From assembly GCA_964408905.1 (NCBI GenBank), contig CAYPBD010000003.1, positions 19,197 through 29,937 on the forward strand: a DNA stretch of 10,741 nt. Direction: 5' to 3'. The notes beneath the pieces are model-generated. The model was not told the origin of the DNA, made no database searches, and saw nothing but the letters and a program-made list of their open reading frames with translations. This DNA is from Candidatus Woesearchaeota archaeon. GTDB taxonomy: Archaea; Nanobdellota; Nanobdellia; Pacearchaeales; GW2011-AR1. The translations under genes were made by a program, and so were the position numbers. Of the stretch, positions 5,446-10,741 are shown piece by piece. Positions within the stretch are counted from its first letter, which is position 1. Every line of letters begins with the position of its first letter.

Positions 5446-6078
5446 ATGTTTAATAAAAGAGAAATTTTTTCAATAATAATAGTAACAATTATTCTTGCCT
5501 TTGCAATTAATTTAATAGAAACAATGGAGAGTTTTCTTTATACTGTGCTTGCAGTATTTCTTATAATTACTATAAATATTATAGCAAAAAAAATTATGAG
5601 TTTTTATGCCGAATCAGAAATAGAAATAAAATTGTGGGAAATCACACAATATGGTTTTAAAGCACATAAACATTTCAAAAGACCTTTTCCAATAGGAGCT
5701 TTCCTGCCTCTCATTTCAAAAATTATTCTTTTTCCTATAAATGGTCTAGTCTGGATGGCTTCTCTTGTATTTGATGTAAAACCAAAAGTATATCGTGCAG
5801 CAAAAAGACATGGCCTTTATTCATTTTCAGAAATGACTGAATCGCATATAGGAATTATAGCATCAGCAGGAATTATAGCAAATATAATTTTTGCAGTAAT
5901 TGCATATTTTATCGGATTTCAGGAATTCACAAGATTAAGTATTTTTTATGTCTTTTTCAATATGATTCCATTATCTGATTTAGATGGAAATAAAATATTT
6001 TTTGGAAACATAGTATTATGGAGTTTTTTGGCTGCAATAGTTTTAATAGGATTATTTTTTACTCTTTTTATTGTATAA
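5446..6078 (+). CDS. polytopic membrane protein, M50 (site-2 protease)-like but lacking HExxH
   Basis: 210 aa and multi-TM. FNMIPLSDLDG (aa 171-181; nt 5959-5988 for N172-G181) matches the S2P/M50 N-x-x-P-x-x-x-LDG motif. An ASAGIIANIIF helix lies upstream, where M50 has its A-G-P helix. The only histidines are H74, H76, H122 and H134, and none is in an HExxH context. Confidence 0.4.
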   Translation: MFNKREIFSIIIVTIILAFAINLIETMESFLYTVLAVFLIITINIIAKKIMSFYAESEIEIKLWEITQYGFKAHKHFKRPFPIGAFLPLISKIILFPINGLVWMASLVFDVKPKVYRAAKRHGLYSFSEMTESHIGIIASAGIIANIIFAVIAYFIGFQEFTRLSIFYVFFNMIPLSDLDGNKIFFGNIVLWSFLAAIVLIGLFFTLFIV

Positions 6079-6091
6079 TCATTCTAACAAA

Positions 6092-7639
6092 ATGAAATTT
6101 TTAAAAGGAATCACTCCAAGAGAATATCAACAAAAGATATTTGAAAAATGTATAAATAAAAATTGTTTAGTTATTTTACCAACAGGATTAGGAAAAACAT
6201 TAATTGCTCTGATGTTGTCTATAAAAAGGATGCAAAGTTTCCCTGGGCAAAAAGTCATCTTCCTTGCACCAACAAAACCTCTAGTTGAACAGCATCTTAA
6301 CTATTTTAAAAAATATCTTCCTGAATTATTTGCTGAAATGATTTTATTTACAGGAAAAATAAATTCTAAAGAAAGACAAAAACTTTGGGAAATATCCGAC
6401 ATTATTTTTTCAACACCTCAATGTATTGCTAATGATTTAAAGAAAAACTTGTACAATTTAAAAGAGGTTTGCCTTTTAATAGAAGATGAAGCTCATAGGT
6501 GCATAAAAAATTATGACTACAATTATGTTGCCCAACAATATATTAAACAAGCTAAACATCAAAGAATTCTGGGATTAACAGCTTCCCCAGGAAGTAACAG
6601 TTCAAAAATAAAAGAAATTTGTAAAAACTTATCAATAGAAGAGGTTGAATTAAGAACAAGAGATAGTGGTGATGTAGAACAATATCTTCAGGAATTAAAA
6701 TTTGAAAAAATAAGTGTTGATTTTCCGTCTGAATTTGAAGAATTAAGGCAAATATTTCTCAATCTATTTAAAAAATATACAGATGAATTAAAAAAAAGAA
6801 AAGTTCTTTGGGAACCTCCCTCTAAAATGAATTTAATTAAACTTCAAAAAAAGATTTTTGGAACTCTGTCAAGAGGAAACAAAAATTTCAATTATATGAT
6901 AGGAGCAAGCTTATGTGCTCAGGCAATAAAAATACAGCATGCATTAGAACTTTTAGAAACACAGACATTAATGAGTTTTAACAAATACTTAAAAAATTTA
7001 TTTGATCAGGCAAGACAAAAGAAAAGCAAAGGAGTTATAAAACTTGTAGCAAAACCAGAATTTAATTTTGTTTTTATGAGGAGCAATGAACTTTTAATAA
7101 AAAATACCGAACATCCAAAAATTCAAAAACTTATTGATATTATAAAAAAAGAAAAATTAAATAATCAAAAAATTAAAATTATTATTTTTACTCAATTCAG
7201 AGATACTGCAGTAGCAATATCAAACAAACTTAATGAAATTAAAGGAATAATATCTAAAGTTTTTGTTGGACAAGCCAAAAAGAACAATACTGGATTAAGC
7301 CAAAAAGAACAAAAACAAATAATAAACCAATTTTCTTCTGGAGAAATAAATATTTTATGTGCCACTTGTATTGCAGAAGAGGGATTGGATATTCCAGAAG
7401 TTAATGCAGTTATTTTCTATGAAGCAGTACCGTCAGCAATAAGAAAAATTCAGAGAAGTGGAAGAACAGCAAGACTTATGAAAGGCAAATTAATAATGTT
7501 AATTACAAAAAAAACAAGAGATGAAACCTTTTATTATATAGCAAATGCAAAAGAAAAAAAAATGCATAAAACTATACAAAAAATAAAAAAAGAAATATCA
7601 AATGGAATTAAACCAGATTATCAAAAAAAATTAATATGA
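6092..7639 (+). CDS. hef: Hef-type SF2 helicase (FANCM/Mph1/Hef family), helicase part only
   Basis: Walker A is PTGLGKT (nt 6179-6199). Motif II is DEAH (nt 6485-6496). Motif III is TASPG and motif VI is QRSGRTAR. An inserted helical region lies between the two RecA-like lobes. An ERCC4 nuclease ORF follows directly. I prefer the ATG at 6092 over the track's TTG at 6071, which overlaps the upstream gene. Confidence 0.85.
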   Translation: MKFLKGITPREYQQKIFEKCINKNCLVILPTGLGKTLIALMLSIKRMQSFPGQKVIFLAPTKPLVEQHLNYFKKYLPELFAEMILFTGKINSKERQKLWEISDIIFSTPQCIANDLKKNLYNLKEVCLLIEDEAHRCIKNYDYNYVAQQYIKQAKHQRILGLTASPGSNSSKIKEICKNLSIEEVELRTRDSGDVEQYLQELKFEKISVDFPSEFEELRQIFLNLFKKYTDELKKRKVLWEPPSKMNLIKLQKKIFGTLSRGNKNFNYMIGASLCAQAIKIQHALELLETQTLMSFNKYLKNLFDQARQKKSKGVIKLVAKPEFNFVFMRSNELLIKNTEHPKIQKLIDIIKKEKLNNQKIKIIIFTQFRDTAVAISNKLNEIKGIISKVFVGQAKKNNTGLSQKEQKQIINQFSSGEINILCATCIAEEGLDIPEVNAVIFYEAVPSAIRKIQRSGRTARLMKGKLIMLITKKTRDETFYYIANAKEKKMHKTIQKIKKEISNGIKPDYQKKLI

Positions 7640-8340
7640 AAAAAATAAATACAAAAACTATATTTAATATTTTTTCAAAAAAGAAAAATAAAAAAATAGA
7701 AAAGAAAAAACAAAAAGTTATAATTGACAATCATGAAAAAAATTGCCTTGTCCCATCTGAACTTAAGGACATGGGTTTTGAAATTGAATTTAAAGACTTG
7801 AAAGTAGGAGATTACATTGTTAGAGATGTAGTAATAGAAAGAAAAACAGTTTCAGATTTTATTTCTTCTATGATAAATAAAAGACTTCCTAAACAACTTG
7901 ATGAATTAAAACAATACAAAAGACCACTCCTTATTGTAGAAGGAATTGATGAACAGGACTTATACACAGAAGAATATTTTAAAGAAAAAATAGGAATGCA
8001 CCCAAATTCAATTAGAGGTTTCTTAATATCAATTGTGTTAAATCATAAAATCCCAATTATTTTTACAAAAAATACAGAAGACACTGCAAAATTTATTTCA
8101 GTTATACTTAAACGAAAACCCAAAGAAGTTTCACTTAATGTCTCAAAAAGAAATTTAAACCAAAAAGAAAGAATGCAATTTGTTCTTGAAAGTTTTCAGG
8201 GAATAGGTCCAAAAACAGCAAAAAAACTTTTAAACGAATTCAAGACAATAAAAAATATAATAAATTCACCTTTAGAAGAATTAAACAAAATTATTGGGAA
8301 AAAATCAGAAGTTTTCAGATTATTAGAAGAAAATTATTAA
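7636..8340 (+). CDS. hef: ERCC4/XPF-family structure-specific nuclease with C-terminal (HhH)2 (Hef nuclease part)
   Basis: The ERCC4 active-site signature is GDY (aa 58-60) ... ERK (aa 68-70, nt 7837-7845) ... SD. The C-terminal helix-hairpin-helix is FQGIGPKTAKKLLNEF ... EELNKIIG. The N-terminus is a Lys-rich linker-like stretch. The ATG overlaps the helicase TGA (ATGA, 7636-7639). Confidence 0.85.
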   Translation: MKKINTKTIFNIFSKKKNKKIEKKKQKVIIDNHEKNCLVPSELKDMGFEIEFKDLKVGDYIVRDVVIERKTVSDFISSMINKRLPKQLDELKQYKRPLLIVEGIDEQDLYTEEYFKEKIGMHPNSIRGFLISIVLNHKIPIIFTKNTEDTAKFISVILKRKPKEVSLNVSKRNLNQKERMQFVLESFQGIGPKTAKKLLNEFKTIKNIINSPLEELNKIIGKKSEVFRLLEENY

Positions 8341-8792
8341 ATTAATTTAGCTTCATCTCTTGAAAAATCATGATTACAATAATGACAAGTAAATTTTTTA
8401 TCTTTATAATAAATAACTGGAATTTCTTTTTCAGAAGAATCATTAGTAACACAATTTGGATTTGCACAATAAACTAACCCTTCTAATTTTTCAGGAATTT
8501 CTGCTTTTCTTTTTTCTTTAACTTTCCCATTTTCAATAATACTAATTGTAACATCAGGAGCAACTAAAGCCACTAAATTTAATTGATGGTTGTTTAATTT
8601 TCCATGCTCTATTTTTAAAATCCCTTTTTTTCTATTTGTTTTCTTAGTTTCATAACCCTCCCCTATAGAAACTCTACCATTTTGTTCTTGGTCTATATTT
8701 AAAATATTTACAATTTTCCAAACATTTCCATAAGGAATATGGTCTATTACAATTCCATTTTCTATATATCCAATTATTTGATTATTCCTCAT
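8337..8792 (-). CDS. pyrI: aspartate carbamoyltransferase regulatory subunit
   Basis: 151 aa. The N-terminal allosteric domain pattern is IENGIVIDHIPYG. The C-terminal Zn domain has cysteines at CANPNC ... CHYC. It overlaps the pyrB 3' end by 11 nt. Confidence 0.85.
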   Translation of the reverse strand: MRNNQIIGYIENGIVIDHIPYGNVWKIVNILNIDQEQNGRVSIGEGYETKKTNRKKGILKIEHGKLNNHQLNLVALVAPDVTISIIENGKVKEKRKAEIPEKLEGLVYCANPNCVTNDSSEKEIPVIYYKDKKFTCHYCNHDFSRDEAKLI

Positions 8793-9735
8793 TTTTGCCC
8801 CCTGTGACTAAATATAATAAAGATTTTCTAACATACAAACCATTTTCAGCTTGTTTCCAAAAAGAGGCATATTTTGAATCATCAACTTTTTTATCAACTT
8901 CAGTTATTTTAGGAAGAGGATGCATAATTTTTATATGAGAATTTCCTGAATTTTCCAACATATCTAAAGTCAAACAATATTTGCGAGATATTTTTTCATA
9001 CAAATCATCTCCTTCAAACCCTTTAGGAAATCTCTCCCTTTGTATTCTCGTCATATAAATAATATCAACATCTCTCAAACTTTTTTCTAAATCACTTAAA
9101 TCTCTTTCTTCTATTTTAACATTGTTAGCATCTTTAATAAAATCAGACGGCATCCTTAATTCTTTCGGAGAAATAAATGTAACATTACAATCTTTATATA
9201 AATTAAGAGCAGTTAAAAGAGAATGAACTGTTCTGCCATATTTTAAATCCCCTGCCATAATTATTTTTGTTCCATCTATTTTTCCTCTTAATTCTTTAAT
9301 TGTATATAAATCAAGTAAAGTCTGAGTTGGATGTTGATTTTGACCATCTCCAGCATTTATTACAGGACAAGAAATAACATCTGCAACAAGTTGAGCAGAA
9401 CCATCTTTGTTATGTCTAATTATAACAACATTAGGATTATAACCATTCACCATACGCGAAGTATCTCTTAAAGTTTCTCCTTTTTTTCTAGAACTTAAAT
9501 CAGGATTAAAATCAATTATATTTCCTCCCATTTGCATCATAGCCATCTGAAAACTCATTTTAGTTCTTGTACTTGGCTCAAAAAAAAGAGGGATCATTAT
9601 TTTTCTATTCAAACAATTTTCATACTTGTGGGGATTTTTTTCAATTTCATTAGCAACATCAAGAATAAGATCTATCTCATTACGCTTTAAATTATTAATA
9701 GAAATTATATCTTTTCCTTTGAATTCTTTTCCCAT
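8782..9735 (-). CDS. pyrB: aspartate carbamoyltransferase catalytic subunit
   Basis: 317 aa. Motifs present are STRTKMSF (the STRTR carbamoyl-phosphate motif), IIRHN, QHPTQ, GRTVHSL, TRIQRERF and HPLP. Confidence 0.9.
   Translation of the reverse strand: MGKEFKGKDIISINNLKRNEIDLILDVANEIEKNPHKYENCLNRKIMIPLFFEPSTRTKMSFQMAMMQMGGNIIDFNPDLSSRKKGETLRDTSRMVNGYNPNVVIIRHNKDGSAQLVADVISCPVINAGDGQNQHPTQTLLDLYTIKELRGKIDGTKIIMAGDLKYGRTVHSLLTALNLYKDCNVTFISPKELRMPSDFIKDANNVKIEERDLSDLEKSLRDVDIIYMTRIQRERFPKGFEGDDLYEKISRKYCLTLDMLENSGNSHIKIMHPLPKITEVDKKVDDSKYASFWKQAENGLYVRKSLLYLVTGGKNEE
8798..8802 (-). promoter_or_regulatory. Shine-Dalgarno-like G5 upstream of pyrI
   Basis: The - strand reads GGGGG-caaaa-ATG. 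A G-run is conspicuous in this AT-rich sequence and sits 5 nt from the start, inside the pyrB 3' end. This is consistent with SD-dependent initiation of an operon-internal gene. Confidence 0.35.
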
Positions 9736-9761
9736 TAAAATAAAATCAATCCTTTTTCTTT

Positions 9762-9769
9762 TTTAAATA
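9762..9769 (-). promoter_or_regulatory. TATA-box-like element for pyrBI
   Basis: TTTAAATA on the + strand, with 26 nt to the ATG at 9735. It lies in the 39-nt spacer after the upstream gene. Confidence 0.3.
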
Positions 9770-9774
9770 ATTCT

Positions 9775-10296
9775 TTATTTTAGTATATATTTTCCAATAA
9801 CAGAATATTTTGGTCCTTGCTCAGAAAGTTTAGACTCCATCAAATAAAAAGAACTAATCCTAAATTTTATTGGCTTTATTTTTATCTTTTTTAATTCACT
9901 TAGAAATCTTTTCTTGTCTTTAATTTTCTTAACTCTCGCAATTGTTAAATGACTCATAAATCTATTTTCTTTTTCAAATAAGTCTTCCAATTTTGCATCA
10001 ATTTCTTTTTGTAGTTCCTCACAATTTTTCAAATGTAACCAAATAATTCTAATAAACTTCTCAGAAAAAATACCTAAAGAATTAATCTCTGTTTTAAAAG
10101 AATCAAATTTAACTTTAATTAATTTCTCTTTAACTTGCCCAACTTTTTCTTTAGAAATTTCTCCTAAAAACTTCAGAGTCAAATGCAAATTTTTTAGTTC
10201 AATCTTTTTACCATTAAATTCAGGAAGATGCTTTTGAATTTTTTCAATTTCTTTTTTAATACTAGTAGGAATTTCAATTGAAATAAAAGTTCTCAT
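9775..10296 (-). CDS. thpR: 2H phosphoesterase, RNA 2',3'-cyclic phosphodiesterase / 2'-5' RNA ligase family (LigT/ThpR)
   Basis: 173 aa with the two diagnostic H-x-T-x motifs, HLTLKF and HLTIAR, about 80 residues apart. The start is 1 nt after the upstream stop. Confidence 0.8.
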   Translation of the reverse strand: MRTFISIEIPTSIKKEIEKIQKHLPEFNGKKIELKNLHLTLKFLGEISKEKVGQVKEKLIKVKFDSFKTEINSLGIFSEKFIRIIWLHLKNCEELQKEIDAKLEDLFEKENRFMSHLTIARVKKIKDKKRFLSELKKIKIKPIKFRISSFYLMESKLSEQGPKYSVIGKYILK

Positions 10297-10297
10297 T

Positions 10298-10741
10298 TTA
10301 AATCAGTTCTGCTAAAATCTTAGCACCTAATTTTGTTGTAATCATTCCAAACTCTTTATCATTTTCAGAATTTATTTCCACAATATCAACTGCTCTCAAA
10401 TTTTTCATTTTATTTATCCTTTGAATCAAATACAAAAACTGCCTTGAAGTCAATCCTCCAACTTCAGGATAACCAGTCGCGGGTGCAAAAGCAGGGTCAA
10501 TTACATCAATATCAATTGAAACATAGACTTCCTTATTATTTGAAAATTCCATTATAGTATCTGCAATATTATCAATATCTTCAATAATAGAATTAATAGG
10601 AATTTGTTGAATACCTTTTTCCTTAACAAATTTTATTTCATCTTTCCACATATTTCTCACCCCAACTAATAAAATATTCTCTTTAGGAAATCCTTCCTCA
10701 ATTAATTTTCTAAGCCATTCCTCGTGTGTTGGTTCTTTCAT
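10298..10741 (-). CDS. arginase-fold (ureohydrolase) enzyme, agmatinase-like, C-terminal part only (runs off the window)
   Basis: SIDIDVIDPAFAPATGYPEVGGLT matches the family S-x-D-x-D-x-x-DP ... G-T/Y-x-x-x-GGL signature. The upstream GGDHS and DAH-x-D metal-ligand motifs are not within the 147 aa, so the true N-terminus should lie beyond 10741. Confidence 0.7.
   Translation of the reverse strand: MKEPTHEEWLRKLIEEGFPKENILLVGVRNMWKDEIKFVKEKGIQQIPINSIIEDIDNIADTIMEFSNNKEVYVSIDIDVIDPAFAPATGYPEVGGLTSRQFLYLIQRINKMKNLRAVDIVEINSENDKEFGMITTKLGAKILAELI

Noticed and set aside
6071-6091. TTG start for the helicase as given in the ORF track
   Set aside because: It overlaps the end of the upstream gene and uses a rare start. 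The ATG at 6092 (MKFLKGITPREYQ) lies directly before the conserved helicase N-terminus.
1-10741. Search for tRNA/rRNA genes, CRISPR repeats, IS elements, integrases, toxin-antitoxin pairs or known defence-system signatures
   Set aside because: Coding density leaves only one spacer longer than 90 nt. No direct repeat array, terminal inverted repeats, DDE or tyrosine-recombinase motifs, or defence-type domains were recognisable in any ORF.
8782-10741. Agmatinase-like / thpR / pyrB / pyrI as a functional operon
   Set aside because: The tight packing (1-nt and 39-nt spacers, 11-nt overlap) is typical of the whole window. The functions are unrelated except for pyrB-pyrI, and a TATA-like box precedes pyrB.

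Overview
This is an AT-rich (roughly 30% GC by eye), very gene-dense stretch that reads as archaeal chromosome. The evidence is a Hef helicase/ERCC4 nuclease, a small PRC-barrel protein, a FlaI/PilB-type ATPase, and TTTAAA-type TATA boxes about 21 nt from start codons. A small-genome, DPANN-like lineage is my guess only. Fourteen credible CDSs cover almost the whole window. I see no tRNA, rRNA, CRISPR array, transposase/integrase or long nucleotide repeat. The right half (6.1-10.7 kb) is recognisable housekeeping: Hef split into helicase and nuclease ORFs with an ATGA overlap, overlapping pyrB-pyrI, a LigT/ThpR-type 2H phosphoesterase, and the C-terminal part of an agmatinase-like enzyme that runs off the window. 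The left half (0-6.1 kb) is the part worth a second look. It holds an oversized 760-aa secretion-superfamily ATPase with no recognisable platform, pilin or peptidase partner. Around it are a hairpin-anchored 151-aa protein, a divergent and translationally coupled pair of coiled-coil proteins (one with a Q/P/Y/E-rich disordered linker), two tandem paralogous 5-TM proteins, a PRC-barrel protein, and an M50/S2P-like membrane protein that lacks the HExxH catalytic motif. I propose, as inference only, that this is an uncharacterised envelope or division-associated module. All family calls rest on motifs read by eye; no database search was possible.
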